In this document: positions 8,242-18,978 of the stretch, one piece after another | How positions within the stretch are numbered: the stretch's first letter is position 1 | Layout: the number at the start of each line of letters is the position of its first letter | Source of the DNA: Myxococcota bacterium | Lineage (GTDB): Bacteria > Myxococcota_A > UBA9160 > UBA6930 | Length of the DNA: 64,000 bases | NCBI GenBank assembly: GCA_965223415.1 | Contig: OZ245002.1 | Span: forward strand, 1,440,001 to 1,504,000 | Direction: 5' to 3' | Made by a program: the position numbers and the translations under genes | Notes under the pieces: model-generated | Databases searched by the model: none | What the model was told of the DNA's origin: nothing | Seen by the model: the letters and a program-made list of their open reading frames with translations, nothing else

Positions 8242-10344
8242 TTGCTCCATCCCCTCTCGAGATTGCCGATCGCCCTCCTGCTGGGCGTGCTCGGCCTGGC
8301 GTCGGGCGCCAAGGCAGCCGAGACCGAGCTGGTCCCGGCTGGCTCCGTCTGGCGCTACGTCGACGGCACCTCTCCACCGGGGGTCGGATGGAAGCTCCGG
8401 ACCTTCGACGACGGGAGCTGGGCCCAGGGCGCAGCGGAGATCGGCTACGGCGACGGGGACGAAGCGACCGTGCTCGGCTTCGGCCCGGATCCCCAGAGCA
8501 AGCCGATCACGAGCTACTACCGCCACGCCTTCCCGGTGCCCGACCCGAGCGCGTTCCAGGTGCTCGACCTGCGTCTCGAGGCGGACGACGGCGCCGTCGT
8601 CTACCTGAACGCCACCGAGATCCTGCGCCACAACCTGCCGACCAGCCCCATCCTCCCCGGAACGGCTGCCCTGGCCGAGGTTCCCGACGAGGACGAGGAC
8701 CGCTGGGTCGAGGTGGCCGTGGATCCGGCCCAGCTCCTTGCCGGGACCAACCAGCTCGCCGTCGAGCTCCACCAGGCGAGCCCGGCGACCCCGGACGCAA
8801 GCTTCCGGCTCGAGCTGGTGGCCGGGGACTTCTCGCCGCCGACGGTGACCCGCGGGCCCTACCTGCAGCGCGGAAGCGAGCACGAGGTCGTCGTGCGCTG
8901 GCGGACGGACGTGGCGCATCCGTCCCGGCTGCGCTTTGGGCCGAGCCGCAGTGCGCTGGCCGGCGTGGCGGACGATCCCACTCCGCGCATCGAGCACGCC
9001 GTCGTGGTCGGCGATCGGCTTCCCACCCGACGGACCTACTACGCCGTCGGGACGACATCCCGGACCCTGGCCGGCGGAGGAGCCTTCGACTGGAGCGAGG
9101 CGAGCCCGGCGCCGGCCTCGCCCCGCTCCCAGCGCTACTGGGTGCTCGGCGATTCCGGCACCGGCAACGCCGGGGCCATGGCCGTCCGCGACGCCTTCCT
9201 GGCCTGGAACCTGGGACGGAGCCCGGACGCCCTGTTCATGCTGGGCGACAACGCCTATCAGAGCGGAACCGATCTCGAGTTCCAGACGAAGCTCTTCGAC
9301 ATCTACCCGAGCGTGCTGCGCAACACGGTCCTGTGGCCCACCTACGGCAACCACGATGCGGTGAGCTCGGTGTCGTCCACGGAGACCGGGCCCTACTACA
9401 CCGCCTTCAGCCTCCCGCGGCAGGGCGAGGCCGGGGGCGTGCCTTCCGGGACCAAGGCGTACTACTCCTTCGATCGAGGCGACGTGCACTTCGTTTCGTT
9501 GAACTCGGAGCAGCCATCCCGCTCTCCGACCGGGCCCCAGCTCACCTGGCTCCAGGCCGACCTCGCCGCCAACGACAAGACCTGGACCGTCGTGTTCTGG
9601 CACCAGTCGCCCTACACCAAGGGCTCCCACAACTCGGACGTCGAGACGGTCGCGATCCAGATGCGGCAGAACGCGGTGCCCTTCCTCGAAGCCGCGGGCG
9701 TCGACCTGGTGATGACCGGCCACAGCCACTCCTACGAGAGGTCCTTCCTGATCGACGGGCACTACGGAACTTCCGGCACCCTCCAGCCCTCGATGGTCCT
9801 GGACGGCGGGGACGGGGATCCCGCCGGCGACGGCGCCTACTTGAAGCTGGGAGCCCCGGGCGATCCCCACGAAGGCACGGTCTACCTGGTCCTCGGCAGC
9901 TCCGGATCCCTGGCGCCGGGCCCCCTCGACCACCCGGTCATGGCGCGCTCCATCTACAGCCTCGGATCGGTGGTCCTCGACGTCTCGGGGGGAAGGCTCG
10001 AGGGGCGCTTCCTCACCGACACGGGCCAGGTCCTCGACCACTTCGCGATCGAGAAGACGACCGAGTGCAACGACGAAGACGACGACGACGGCGACTTGCT
10101 GGTCGACTACCCGGCGGATCCGGGCTGCTCCGGGCCCACCGATCTCTCCGAGTCTCCAGACTGCTCCGACGGCCTGGACAACGATGGCGAAGGCACCATC
10201 GACGGAAGCGACCCCCACTGCGCGGGACCGAATGGGAGCGAGTGGCCGCCCCTCCACCCGAGCTGCGGCCTGGGAGTCGAGGTGACGCTGGTGCTCGCGG
10301 GTCTGCTCCTGTTGCGCCGGAGAGCCCGACTCCTGCCGGACTAA
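8242..10344 (+). CDS. Secreted/surface-anchored purple acid phosphatase-like metallophosphoesterase
   Basis: Signal peptide; N-terminal beta-sandwich ([10 protein letters not shown]); [24 protein letters not shown]; Cys/Asp repeats; C-terminal SCGLG-TM-RRR. Confidence 0.85.
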   Translation: MLHPLSRLPIALLLGVLGLASGAKAAETELVPAGSVWRYVDGTSPPGVGWKLRTFDDGSWAQGAAEIGYGDGDEATVLGFGPDPQSKPITSYYRHAFPVPDPSAFQVLDLRLEADDGAVVYLNATEILRHNLPTSPILPGTAALAEVPDEDEDRWVEVAVDPAQLLAGTNQLAVELHQASPATPDASFRLELVAGDFSPPTVTRGPYLQRGSEHEVVVRWRTDVAHPSRLRFGPSRSALAGVADDPTPRIEHAVVVGDRLPTRRTYYAVGTTSRTLAGGGAFDWSEASPAPASPRSQRYWVLGDSGTGNAGAMAVRDAFLAWNLGRSPDALFMLGDNAYQSGTDLEFQTKLFDIYPSVLRNTVLWPTYGNHDAVSSVSSTETGPYYTAFSLPRQGEAGGVPSGTKAYYSFDRGDVHFVSLNSEQPSRSPTGPQLTWLQADLAANDKTWTVVFWHQSPYTKGSHNSDVETVAIQMRQNAVPFLEAAGVDLVMTGHSHSYERSFLIDGHYGTSGTLQPSMVLDGGDGDPAGDGAYLKLGAPGDPHEGTVYLVLGSSGSLAPGPLDHPVMARSIYSLGSVVLDVSGGRLEGRFLTDTGQVLDHFAIEKTTECNDEDDDDGDLLVDYPADPGCSGPTDLSESPDCSDGLDNDGEGTIDGSDPHCAGPNGSEWPPLHPSCGLGVEVTLVLAGLLLLRRRARLLPD

Positions 10345-11264
10345 CGAAGCGAGAGCCGCGTGCCGTCCCAGTCGAGGGTGCGGTCGGCGGCGCCCACCCG
10401 ATGCCAGTCGAACCCGGCGACGAGCCCCCGGGGCGTGACCGGCGCCTCGGTCGCTCGGAGACCCGAGGCGTGGGCGAGCAGGCCGACGAGGGCGGCGGCG
10501 TTCATGGCGGGCCGGAGGGCCTCGGTGTCCACCGCGCCGTGCAGCTTGGCGAGCTTGCCGCCCCGCTCCTCGAGAAGCAGGAGGTGGTGCCGATAGCGCG
10601 GCGTCGCCAGGCCGAGCATCCCTTGCAGGCGCACCTGGGTGCCGGTCGCCGTGGCGAGATCCCGCCCGCGCACCACGCGGGTGACGCCGGCCTCCGCGTC
10701 GTCGACGACGGTGGCCAGGTGATAGGCGATCCCCCCGTCGCGACGCCGGACGATCGGGTCGCCGAAGGCGGCGGCGGGATCCTGGCTCAGGTCGAGCCCG
10801 CTCTCGTCGGCCAGCGGGAGCTCGCCTTCGGGAAGGCGGACGCGCAGGGGCTCGGCACTGGCGCGCCAGCCCGCCTCCGGGAGGGGCCGCCCCCGGCAGG
10901 TTCCCGGATAGCGGAAGCCGCCGTCCGGGGTTCGTTGCCCCCTCGCCCGGAGACCCGCGCGGGAGCAGGAGCACGGGTAGAGGACACCCGCCGTGGCGAG
11001 CCGATCCAGGGCGTCTTCGTGGCGGAGGCGCCGCTCGCTCTGCACGGTGACCTCGTCCCAGTCCACCCCGAGCCAGGCGAGATCTTCCTGCATGGCGGCC
11101 GCGAGCTCCGGACGGCATCGCTCCGGATCGAGGTCTTCCAGGCGCAGGAGCAGGCGGGCGCCGCAGCTGCGCGCGTCGAGCCAGCAGAGGAGCGCGGCGA
11201 GCAGGGTGCCGGGATGCGCCCGGCCGGTGGTCGACGGCGCAAAGCGTCCGACCTCCCGGGTCAT
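10341..11264 (-). CDS. gluQ: Glutamyl-queuosine tRNA(Asp) synthetase (GluRS paralog)
   Basis: [55 protein letters not shown]; no anticodon-binding domain. Confidence 0.85.
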   Translation of the reverse strand: MTREVGRFAPSTTGRAHPGTLLAALLCWLDARSCGARLLLRLEDLDPERCRPELAAAMQEDLAWLGVDWDEVTVQSERRLRHEDALDRLATAGVLYPCSCSRAGLRARGQRTPDGGFRYPGTCRGRPLPEAGWRASAEPLRVRLPEGELPLADESGLDLSQDPAAAFGDPIVRRRDGGIAYHLATVVDDAEAGVTRVVRGRDLATATGTQVRLQGMLGLATPRYRHHLLLLEERGGKLAKLHGAVDTEALRPAMNAAALVGLLAHASGLRATEAPVTPRGLVAGFDWHRVGAADRTLDWDGTRLSLR

Positions 11265-12385
11265 GGCGCTCCCGGGACGAGCGCGGGATCGAACCACTCG
11301 AGGATGCGCGCGTTCTCCTCGCGCGGGTAGGCGTGGGAGAGGTCCTCGATCTCCCGGTAGACGAGATCGGCGCCGGCCTTCGCGAGCTCGTCGCGGGCCA
11401 TCCGCGCGAGGGCCACCGGGAACATCCAGTCCCGGGCCCCGTGCACGAGATAGATGCGCTTGCCGCGAGCCCGCGCGATCTGCCCAGCTGCGAAATTGAG
11501 CGGGTGCAGCACGCCGGCAATGGGCGCCAGCGCCGTGTACGGCGCGTCTTCGGCGAGGCCGGCGAGCAGACTGAAGGTGGCCCCGTCGGACAGCCCGGTC
11601 AGCAGCACCCGCCCGGGGTCGACGGGAAAGCGCTCCATCAGGAAGGCGACCATCGAGCGCAGGGCGTTGCCGTCCGCCGCCGGCGCCTGGAGCGACCAGC
11701 TGGTGGATTGCGAGGTCGGCGCCAGCAGCAGGAACCCGCGGCTGCGCGCTTCCCGCAGCCAGGTCCACAGGAAGTCCGCGCCGTGGCCGTAGGCGCCGTG
11801 GAGGGCGACGACCAACGGCAGGGACGCGCCCTCCCGGGTTCGCTCGGGCACGTAGAAGACGAAGCCGCCGCGCACCGCCCGGTCGCCACCACCCCCTCCG
11901 GCATGGAGCCCCACGCTCGGCTGCTCCGGAGGCTCCGGGTCGAGCTCCGCCAGCCGATCGTGCCAGGGCTCCTCGGCGTAGAGGCGCCCGAGGGGCGGAA
12001 GCGCGAAGCGCAGCAGGTAGAGCAGCTCCTGGGCTCGGGCATTCTCGCGCATGGCCTCGAGAATGCGCGGCACGCCGCCGTCTCCGGCCCCGCCCGCGGC
12101 ACCCTCGGCGAAGCCCCGAAGCGCGGCCTCCACCCGCTCGGCTCCGCCCAGGAACCCGTCACGGACCGCCTCCGCTCCGTCCGGAGGCGGCAGCTCGCGA
12201 AGGGGTGTGAGGGTCTCGGCCAGGCGCTCGGCCAACGCCGCGAGGCGGCCGGCCAGCCGGGGCAGATTCGACGGGTGCAGGTGACGACCGGCCACCTCGA
12301 GGGCGCGCAGCCCGGTGAGGGTGGCGGCGCCCGCGTCGGCCATGCGATCGCGGAAGGCGGCGAGCTCCGGGCTCGGGTCGGTCAC
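11261..12385 (-). CDS. Phospholipase/carboxylesterase family alpha/beta hydrolase with N-terminal helical domain
   Basis: LVVALHG, TGLSDGA (GxSxG), VHGARD, LSHAY catalytic triad. Confidence 0.8.
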   Translation of the reverse strand: MTDPSPELAAFRDRMADAGAATLTGLRALEVAGRHLHPSNLPRLAGRLAALAERLAETLTPLRELPPPDGAEAVRDGFLGGAERVEAALRGFAEGAAGGAGDGGVPRILEAMRENARAQELLYLLRFALPPLGRLYAEEPWHDRLAELDPEPPEQPSVGLHAGGGGGDRAVRGGFVFYVPERTREGASLPLVVALHGAYGHGADFLWTWLREARSRGFLLLAPTSQSTSWSLQAPAADGNALRSMVAFLMERFPVDPGRVLLTGLSDGATFSLLAGLAEDAPYTALAPIAGVLHPLNFAAGQIARARGKRIYLVHGARDWMFPVALARMARDELAKAGADLVYREIEDLSHAYPREENARILEWFDPALVPGAP

Positions 12386-12411
12386 GGCAGCCGTAGGGTA
12401 CTCTACGCGCG

Positions 12412-13326
12412 ATGGTGACGAACGGGGCCGGGGGGACGAGTGCGGCGGTCCAGAGGCAGGGCGAGCTTCTGCGCACGCTCACGAGGGACGGCGGCGTCGC
12501 GATCCGCGCCGTCGAGGCGACGCAGCTCGTCGCCGAGGCGGCCGAACGCCACGAGCTCGGCTCCCTCGCCACCCAGGCCCTCGGTCGCGTGCTGATGGGC
12601 GCGATCCTGCTGGGCGCCGGCGGCAAGGACGACGAGACGGTGCAGGTGCGCTTTCGCGGCGACGGACCGCTGGGCACGCTCCTCGCGATCTCCGACGAGA
12701 ACGCGCGGGTCCGCGGCTACGCGTCGCGCCCGAGGGCGACGCTGCCCCTTCGCGGCGGCCGGATCGACGTCGCCAAGGGCATCGGCCTGGGCGAGCTCTC
12801 GGTCGTGCGCCACCGCCACGGCTGGCGAAAGCCGTACACGGGAATCGTGCCGATCGTCTCGGGCGAGGTGGCCGAGGACCTGGCCCTCTACCTGACCGAG
12901 AGCGAGCAGACGCCCGCGGCGGTGGGCCTGGGCATCCAGCTCGACGAGGAGGGAGAGGTCACGGCGGCCGGCGGCTACCTGGCCCAGGCGCTGCCGGGCG
13001 CCCGCGACGAGACCCTCGCGCGGCTCGAGGCCAACGTGCACGCCCTGCCCTCGCCCTCGACCCTGGTTCACCGGGGCGGCGGAGCCCAGGCCATGGTGGA
13101 CGGCCTGGCCGAGGGCCTCGGCGGACAGGCGCTCCTCCAACGGGAGGCGTGCTTCCACTGCCACTGCGACGAGGAGCGGGTGATTCGCGCCGTGGCGCTG
13201 CTCGGCCGGGAGGAGGCCGAGGCGCTGCGCGTCGCCGGCGAGCCCATCGATGTGCGCTGCGAGTTCTGCGCGGAGCAGTATCGAATCGACCCGGATCGCG
13301 TGCGAGCGTTGTTCCCAGATGCGTGA
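12412..13326 (+). CDS. hslO: Hsp33 redox-regulated chaperone
   Basis: GDGPLG, YTGIVPIVSGEVAEDLALYLTESEQTP, AAGGYLAQALPG, zinc ligands CHC...CEFC. Confidence 0.95.
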   Translation: MVTNGAGGTSAAVQRQGELLRTLTRDGGVAIRAVEATQLVAEAAERHELGSLATQALGRVLMGAILLGAGGKDDETVQVRFRGDGPLGTLLAISDENARVRGYASRPRATLPLRGGRIDVAKGIGLGELSVVRHRHGWRKPYTGIVPIVSGEVAEDLALYLTESEQTPAAVGLGIQLDEEGEVTAAGGYLAQALPGARDETLARLEANVHALPSPSTLVHRGGGAQAMVDGLAEGLGGQALLQREACFHCHCDEERVIRAVALLGREEAEALRVAGEPIDVRCEFCAEQYRIDPDRVRALFPDA

Positions 13327-13335
13327 GCCATCGCC

Positions 13336-14091
13336 ATGAGCCGGCCGGTCTCGCTCTTCGTTCCCTGCTACGTCGACCAGCTCGCGCCGGAGGTCGCCAT
13401 GGCGACGGTGCGCGTGCTGGAACGCGCGGGCTGCGAGGTCCGCTACGACCCGGAGCAGACCTGCTGCGGCCAGCCCTTCCTGAACCAGGGCGAGGCCGGG
13501 GCGGCCGCGAGCCTCGCCGAAGCGCACCTCGCCCGTTTCGACACGGCCGACACCGTTGTGTGTCCGTCGGCGAGCTGTGTGGCGACGGTCCGCGGACGCT
13601 ACCCGGAGCTCGGCGTGGGCGACGACGAGCGCGGGAGGGCCCAGCGCCGGCGCACCTTCGAGCTGGGAGAGTTCCTGGTGGGGGAGCTCGGCACCACGGC
13701 CCTCGGCGCGCGCTTCCCCCATCGGGTGGCGGTGCTGGAGAGCTGTCACGGGTTGCGCGAGCTCGGCCTCGGATCGCCCAGCGAGCGGCCCGGTGCGTCC
13801 GACCCGGCGCCCATCGACGTCCTGCTTGCCGCCGTCGACGGCCTCACCCGAGCGCCTTCGGCGCGGGACGAGTGCTGCGGCTTCGGCGGGACCTTCGCGG
13901 TGAAGTTCCCGGAGGTGTCCGCACGCATGGGGCGAGCCCGGCTACGCGAGTGGTCCGAGGCGGGAGCGGAATTCGTGACGGGCACCGACGTGAGTTGCCT
14001 CCTTCATCTGGAGGGCGTGAGGCGCCGGGAGGGCTTCGGGCCGAAGGCGATCCACCTGGCCGAGATCCTCGCCGGGGAGGATCCGGCGTGA
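13336..14091 (+). CDS. lutA: Lactate utilization protein A (CCG-domain Fe-S protein)
   Basis: LFVPCYVD, QTCCGQP, SCHGLR, ECCGFGGTFAVK, DVSCLLHL. Confidence 0.88.
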   Translation: MSRPVSLFVPCYVDQLAPEVAMATVRVLERAGCEVRYDPEQTCCGQPFLNQGEAGAAASLAEAHLARFDTADTVVCPSASCVATVRGRYPELGVGDDERGRAQRRRTFELGEFLVGELGTTALGARFPHRVAVLESCHGLRELGLGSPSERPGASDPAPIDVLLAAVDGLTRAPSARDECCGFGGTFAVKFPEVSARMGRARLREWSEAGAEFVTGTDVSCLLHLEGVRRREGFGPKAIHLAEILAGEDPA

Positions 14092-15449
14092 ACCACCCGG
14101 TCGAACGGGGCGCCCGCCGCGCCCTCGGCGGCGATGAAGCGGTGGCGCGCCACGACGCGGCGGTCTTCGACCTGCGCGCGCGTCGCGACGCGGCGGCCGC
14201 GGAGGTGCCGGACTGGGAAGCCCTGCGCGAGCGCGCGGCTGCGATCAAGGCGCACACTCTCGACCACCTCGATGTGCTGCTCGAGAGCTTCGAGCGCCAG
14301 GCGACCGCCGCCGGCGCCGCGGTCCACTGGGCGGAGGACGCCGCCGCCCTGCAACGGATCGTCGGCGACCTGCTCACCGAGCGCGGCGCGATGCGGGTGG
14401 TCAAGAGCAAGTCCATGCTCACCGAGGAATGCGGACTGAACCCGCACCTGGAGGCGCGTGGGATCCAGGTGGTGGACAGCGACCTGGGCGAACGCATCGT
14501 GCAGCTCGGCAAGGAGCGGCCCTCCCACATCATCGTGCCGGCGATCCACCGCTCCCGGGAAGAGATCGGCGAGCTGTTCCACCGGCGGATGGGCACGCCG
14601 CGGGGCGAGTCGGATCCCGAGCGGCTCACCGGGGCGGCGCGCCGGGACCTGCGCACGCGCTTCCTCGCGGCCCAGGCCGGCATCACCGGTGCGAACTTCG
14701 CCGTGGCCGAGACCGGCTCCCTGGTGGTCGTCACGAACGAGGGCAACGCGGACCTCGGCATGAGCCTTCCGCCGCTCCACGTGGCGTGCGTGGGGATCGA
14801 GAAGCTCATCCCGCGCATGGACGACCTTTCGGTCTTCCTTCGCCTGCTCGCCCGCAGCGCGACGGGGCAGCCGATCAGCAGCTACACGAGCGTGGTCACG
14901 GGGCCGAGGCCGGGGGCCGAGCTACACGTGGTGCTGGTGGACAACGGCCGATCGGCGCTGCTCGCCGACGAGAGCCATCGCCGCAGCCTGGCGTGCATCC
15001 GCTGCGGCGCGTGTCTCAACACCTGCCCCGTGTACCGGCGCGCCGGGGGTCACGCCTATCCGGGCCCGATCCCCGGACCGATCGGCGCCGTGCTCGCGCC
15101 GGCGATGCGGCCGGGCGACGCCTCGCTCGCCCAGGCCTCGTCGCTATGCGGGAGCTGCACGGCGGTGTGCCCGGTCGGCATCGACCTCCACGACCAGCTG
15201 CTCGCCTGGCGGCGGGGTCCCGGCCGGCCACGGGGCCTCGAGGCCCTGGCGACGCGCCTCGCCGCCGGCGTGGTGGCGCGGCCGCGGCTCTTCCGGCTCG
15301 TGGGCGGGCTCGCGCGCCGAGCGTGGCCGCTGCTCGGGCGCCGCTTCCCCGGCAACCCGGTCGGCGGCTGGCTTCGCACCCGCGAGCTTCCACCGCATCC
15401 GGGGAAGAGCTTCGCCGCGCGCTGGCGCGAAGAGCGGGGCGCCTCGTGA
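14088..15449 (+). CDS. lutB: Lactate utilization protein B (LUD + 4Fe-4S)
   Basis: VKSKSM, DLGERIVQL, PSHIIVPAIH, VTNEGN, CIRCGACLNTCP, SSLCGSCTAVCP; GTG overlaps the lutA stop. Confidence 0.92.
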   Translation: MNHPVERGARRALGGDEAVARHDAAVFDLRARRDAAAAEVPDWEALRERAAAIKAHTLDHLDVLLESFERQATAAGAAVHWAEDAAALQRIVGDLLTERGAMRVVKSKSMLTEECGLNPHLEARGIQVVDSDLGERIVQLGKERPSHIIVPAIHRSREEIGELFHRRMGTPRGESDPERLTGAARRDLRTRFLAAQAGITGANFAVAETGSLVVVTNEGNADLGMSLPPLHVACVGIEKLIPRMDDLSVFLRLLARSATGQPISSYTSVVTGPRPGAELHVVLVDNGRSALLADESHRRSLACIRCGACLNTCPVYRRAGGHAYPGPIPGPIGAVLAPAMRPGDASLAQASSLCGSCTAVCPVGIDLHDQLLAWRRGPGRPRGLEALATRLAAGVVARPRLFRLVGGLARRAWPLLGRRFPGNPVGGWLRTRELPPHPGKSFAARWREERGAS

Positions 15450-16054
15450 GCGACCGGGACTCCATCCTCGGCCGCGTGCGAGCCGCGGCCGGCCACGCGC
15501 TGGCCCATCCCGGCGCCCACCCGGCGCCGGACCTGCCGGGGGGCTTCGAACGCTTCGCGTCCAGGCTACGGGCGGTCGGCGGCGAGGCCCACGGCCCGGT
15601 GGCGGCCTGGGCCGTCGGAGAAGAGGCCTCCCGGGTCGCGAGCCTGCGGGCCCAGGGCGGGCGCGTGCTCACCACCGAGGCCGCCTGCGACCGGTTGGGG
15701 CCCGGGCCCTGGGTGGTGGCCGCCGCGGGGACCTCGCCGGTCGCCTTCGAGGACGTGGCGGTCGCCATCATCGAGGGCACGGTGGGGGTCGCCGAGAACG
15801 GCGCCGTCGCCGTAGAAGGCCGGCATGTCACGCATCGCGCCCTGCCCTTCCTCTGCCGCCACCTGATCCTGCTGCTCCCCACCGCGGCGATCCACCCCGA
15901 CCAGCACCGCGCCCAGGCCGCGCTCCCCGAAGACGCCTACGACCACCACCACCTCACCTGGATCAGCGGCCCCTCCAAGACCGCCGACATCGAGCAGACG
16001 CTCGTCTACGGCGCCCACGGCCCCCTCACCCTCGACCTCATCGCGATCGACTGA
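15446..16054 (+). CDS. lutC: Lactate utilization protein C (LUD domain)
   Basis: GVAENGAV, ISGPSKTADIEQTLVYGAHGP; GTG overlaps the lutB stop. Confidence 0.9.
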   Translation: MSDRDSILGRVRAAAGHALAHPGAHPAPDLPGGFERFASRLRAVGGEAHGPVAAWAVGEEASRVASLRAQGGRVLTTEAACDRLGPGPWVVAAAGTSPVAFEDVAVAIIEGTVGVAENGAVAVEGRHVTHRALPFLCRHLILLLPTAAIHPDQHRAQAALPEDAYDHHHLTWISGPSKTADIEQTLVYGAHGPLTLDLIAID

Positions 16055-16078
16055 GCGCAGCCGGGGGGCCCGTTGCGT

Positions 16079-18097
16079 TCAGGAGCCCTGGTGCGTCGGG
16101 AAGGCGAGGGCGACGCGGAACCCCCCGTCTTCGGCGTTGCTGGCGCGGAGGGCGGCGCCCATCTGCTCGGCGAGGCTCTGGACGAGGGAGAGGCCGATGC
16201 CGGTGCCCTGGGCGCGCCGGGTGAGCTCGCTCTCCTCACGGTGGAAGGGCTCGAAGATGCGTTTGTGGCTGGCGGGCGGCACGCCGGGGCCGTGGTCGCG
16301 CACGGTCATCACCACCTGCTCGCCTTCGCCGGCGAGGACGAGGCGCACCGTCTTGTCCCGCGCATCTCGCGCGTACTTGAGGGCGTTGTCGACGAGGTTG
16401 AAGAGGACCTGGAGGACGGCGTCGCGATCGAAGCGCACCGGTGGGAGGTCCGGCGCGATGTCCACCTCGAGGCCGAAGCCCTGGGACGCTGCATGAGGTG
16501 CCAGCACATCCCCGGCCTCTTGCACCACCGGCCCCAGATCGCCGACGATCCAGCTCATCTCCCGGCTGCCGCGCTCGAGCCGGGAGAACTCGAGCACGTT
16601 GTCGATCAGGCGCGACAGCCGCTCGGACTCGGCGGTGATCGTGCCGACGTACTCGCGCTGCTTGGCTTCACTCGGCACCATCCCGTCGCGTAGCATCTCG
16701 CCGTACATGCGAATGGCCGTGAGCGGTGTCTTCAGCTCGTGCGAGACGGCGGCCACGAAGTTGGCGCGGCGCTCCGAGAAGCCGACGACCACCGTCACCA
16801 TGCGGTAGAGCGCGAACAGGCCGACGGAGCCCGCCAGCACCAACGCCAGGCTCAGGCCGTAGATGCTCCGGGCGCCCGAGCCGCCGGCCAGCTCCGGCAG
16901 TGAGAGGTCCACCGCCAGGGCGTCGAAGGGCTCGGCGAAGCGGTGACGGTAGTGAAACACGCCGCCGCTCGGCGCCGGCGGCTCCCGACCCGGCTCGACG
17001 AGGCGACCGCTCACCTCCGTGAGACCCGGGAGGGCGGCGCCGAGCAGGGTCCGCCCGAGGGCCTGGGTATCGAGGATGAGACCCTGGCGGAGCGCCCGGT
17101 TTCCGCGCCACACGGTTCGATGCAGGACCAGATGATCCGCGTCCAGCCGCAGCCCCAGCATCGGATCCACGACCAGCGGATCCGGCGCGGCACGGCTCTC
17201 CGCCGGATCGTTCTTCCGACCACCGGGCACCGGCGGGCGCGCGGCCAGGCGGCCCTCTGCCTTCGCTTCGTCCCGCCGCAGCGCCCGGGCCGCGGGCTCC
17301 GCCGGCGCCGCGGACGCCAGCTCCTCCAACGACTCCGGCGCGTCAGCGCTCGGGCGGGGAGCCACCTCCCGCGCCCGAGACGGCGGGGGCGCCGGCGCGG
17401 ACGCCGAAGATCCGGCTCCGGTCGCGAACGCCCCGCTCTCCGGGACGTCGCGCGCGTCCGCCAGCATCTCCGGTGACGCGGGCTCGACCTCGATCACCTT
17501 CTGGGTGCGCTTCTGGCGGAGGGCGGCGCCGCGGTTCAGCGATTGCAGCGCGTCGTAGGCATCGTCGAAGGACGCGTCCTCTTCCAGCTCGACCTGCAGC
17601 TTGCGATCCCGGCCGACGGCGACCGTGGTGCCCGGGGCCTGCTTCGCCGCCGTTCGCGGAGTGGGTGCGGCCGTCGGCCATGCGCGACGGGCCAGCCCGA
17701 GCACCCGCTCCGCCGCCGCCTCCGCTGCCGGCGAGGGCGCGGGCCCGCCGGGCCGCGGCAGGAGCGGCGTGTGCACGACCCCCTCCGCGTCGACCTCGAA
17801 GTGCCCGATCACGAAGGGCTCGGGCGACGGGTCCGCCAGCGGCGAGCGCAGCAGTACGCCGCCCGTCCCTCCGGCCGGCGACCAGGTGTGACGGTAGTGG
17901 CCGACCGGGCGCTCCTCCTCTGCCTGCAGGAAGGCCGAGAGGGTGCGCTCCATCTCGTCGAACACGCGCTCGGCGACGGCGCGGTGGCGCGCCGCCTGCT
18001 CGACGGCCACGCCGTCGAGGGCGCGCCGCACCAGCAGGACTCCGGGGACGAGGAGCCCCACCGCGAGCAGCGCGAACACCAGCCGGAGGCGACCCAC
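16079..18097 (-). CDS. Membrane sensor histidine kinase
   Basis: Two TMs flanking a long Ala/Pro-rich extracytoplasmic region; H-box FVAAVSHELKTPL; NLVDNALKY, DHGPG, GTGIGL; start inferred (GTG overlapping the regulator stop). Confidence 0.9.
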   Translation of the reverse strand: MGRLRLVFALLAVGLLVPGVLLVRRALDGVAVEQAARHRAVAERVFDEMERTLSAFLQAEEERPVGHYRHTWSPAGGTGGVLLRSPLADPSPEPFVIGHFEVDAEGVVHTPLLPRPGGPAPSPAAEAAAERVLGLARRAWPTAAPTPRTAAKQAPGTTVAVGRDRKLQVELEEDASFDDAYDALQSLNRGAALRQKRTQKVIEVEPASPEMLADARDVPESGAFATGAGSSASAPAPPPSRAREVAPRPSADAPESLEELASAAPAEPAARALRRDEAKAEGRLAARPPVPGGRKNDPAESRAAPDPLVVDPMLGLRLDADHLVLHRTVWRGNRALRQGLILDTQALGRTLLGAALPGLTEVSGRLVEPGREPPAPSGGVFHYRHRFAEPFDALAVDLSLPELAGGSGARSIYGLSLALVLAGSVGLFALYRMVTVVVGFSERRANFVAAVSHELKTPLTAIRMYGEMLRDGMVPSEAKQREYVGTITAESERLSRLIDNVLEFSRLERGSREMSWIVGDLGPVVQEAGDVLAPHAASQGFGLEVDIAPDLPPVRFDRDAVLQVLFNLVDNALKYARDARDKTVRLVLAGEGEQVVMTVRDHGPGVPPASHKRIFEPFHREESELTRRAQGTGIGLSLVQSLAEQMGAALRASNAEDGGFRVALAFPTHQGS

Positions 18098-18801
18098 TAG
18101 CCGGCGACCCGGTAGCCTTCGCCGCGCACCGTCTCGATCGCATCCCGCGCGGCGCCGAGCTTCTTGCGCAGCTTCGCGATGTGCATGTCGACGGTCCGCG
18201 TCTCGAGCCGCTCCGGACGATCGAAGCCCCACACCTCCTGGAGGAGCATGCGGCGGCTCACGATGCGGCCGCGCTCCCGGGACAGCAAGGCGAGCATCTC
18301 GAGCTCCCGCCGCGAGAGCTCCACCTCGCCCTCGCCCGTCCGCGCCACCCGGCGCTCCGGATCCACCTGTACCGCGCCGAGCGTGAAGGGCTCCGCCTGC
18401 GGCTCGGCGCCCTTGTCGGCGCGCCGCAGCAGCGCCTCCACCCGCGCCATCAGCTCGGCGATCGAGAAGGGCTTCGTCACGTAGTCGTCGCTTCCGCAGC
18501 GAAAGCCGCGCACCACGTCCTCCTCGGCGCCGCGGGCGGTGAGCATCAGGATCGGCAGGTGCGGCAGCTCCCCCCGCAGCTCCTCGCAGACGTCGAAGCC
18601 GTTCTTGCCGGGCAGCATGACGTCAAGGATCACCAGGTCGTACTGCCCGGCGAGGCCCTCGCGCAGGCCTTCCTCTCCGGTGTCGGCCCCGGTGGGCTCG
18701 AAGCCGTGGAAGGCGAGCACGTCACAGAGCCCGCGCTGGATGGCGGGCTCGTCCTCGACCACGAGGACGCGGGGCCTGGGCTGCGAGTCGGATCGGGTCA
18801 T
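18097..18801 (-). CDS. OmpR-family DNA-binding response regulator
   Basis: VLVVEDE, LDVMLP, DDYVTKPF; winged helix RTVDMHIAKLRKKL...TVRGEGY. Confidence 0.95.
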   Translation of the reverse strand: MTRSDSQPRPRVLVVEDEPAIQRGLCDVLAFHGFEPTGADTGEEGLREGLAGQYDLVILDVMLPGKNGFDVCEELRGELPHLPILMLTARGAEEDVVRGFRCGSDDYVTKPFSIAELMARVEALLRRADKGAEPQAEPFTLGAVQVDPERRVARTGEGEVELSRRELEMLALLSRERGRIVSRRMLLQEVWGFDRPERLETRTVDMHIAKLRKKLGAARDAIETVRGEGYRVAG

Positions 18802-18841
18802 GGCGGTGTCCCGGCAAGTGTAGGAAGCGATCGGGTGGCGG

Positions 18842-18859
18842 ACGTAAATCCCACGTAAA
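18842..18859 (+). promoter_or_regulatory. Direct repeat ACGTAAA x2 (11-bp period), candidate OmpR-family operator
   Basis: ACGTAAA-TCCC-ACGTAAA in the divergent gap between the regulator and the pspA-like gene; AT-rich against a high-GC background. Confidence 0.5.
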
Positions 18860-18978
18860 CCCGGAAGGCCCCGTTTTACCCGGCCTTTTCAGCACCCCGC
18901 CGATGCAGGGGGTACTTCTCTCACGAGGCCCGTGAAACGAATCGGCCCGACCCACGAGAGGCTTGAAAGGAGACCCGG

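Noticed and set aside
6646..11520. 1624-aa minus-strand ORF, and similar giant ORFs such as 40599-45080, 52931-56101, 56312-59248 and 8388-11330
   Set aside because: These are antisense or off-frame shadows of well-supported genes, expected in very high-GC DNA where stop codons are rare. Only the portions called as features (for example ddl within 40599-45080) carry family motifs.
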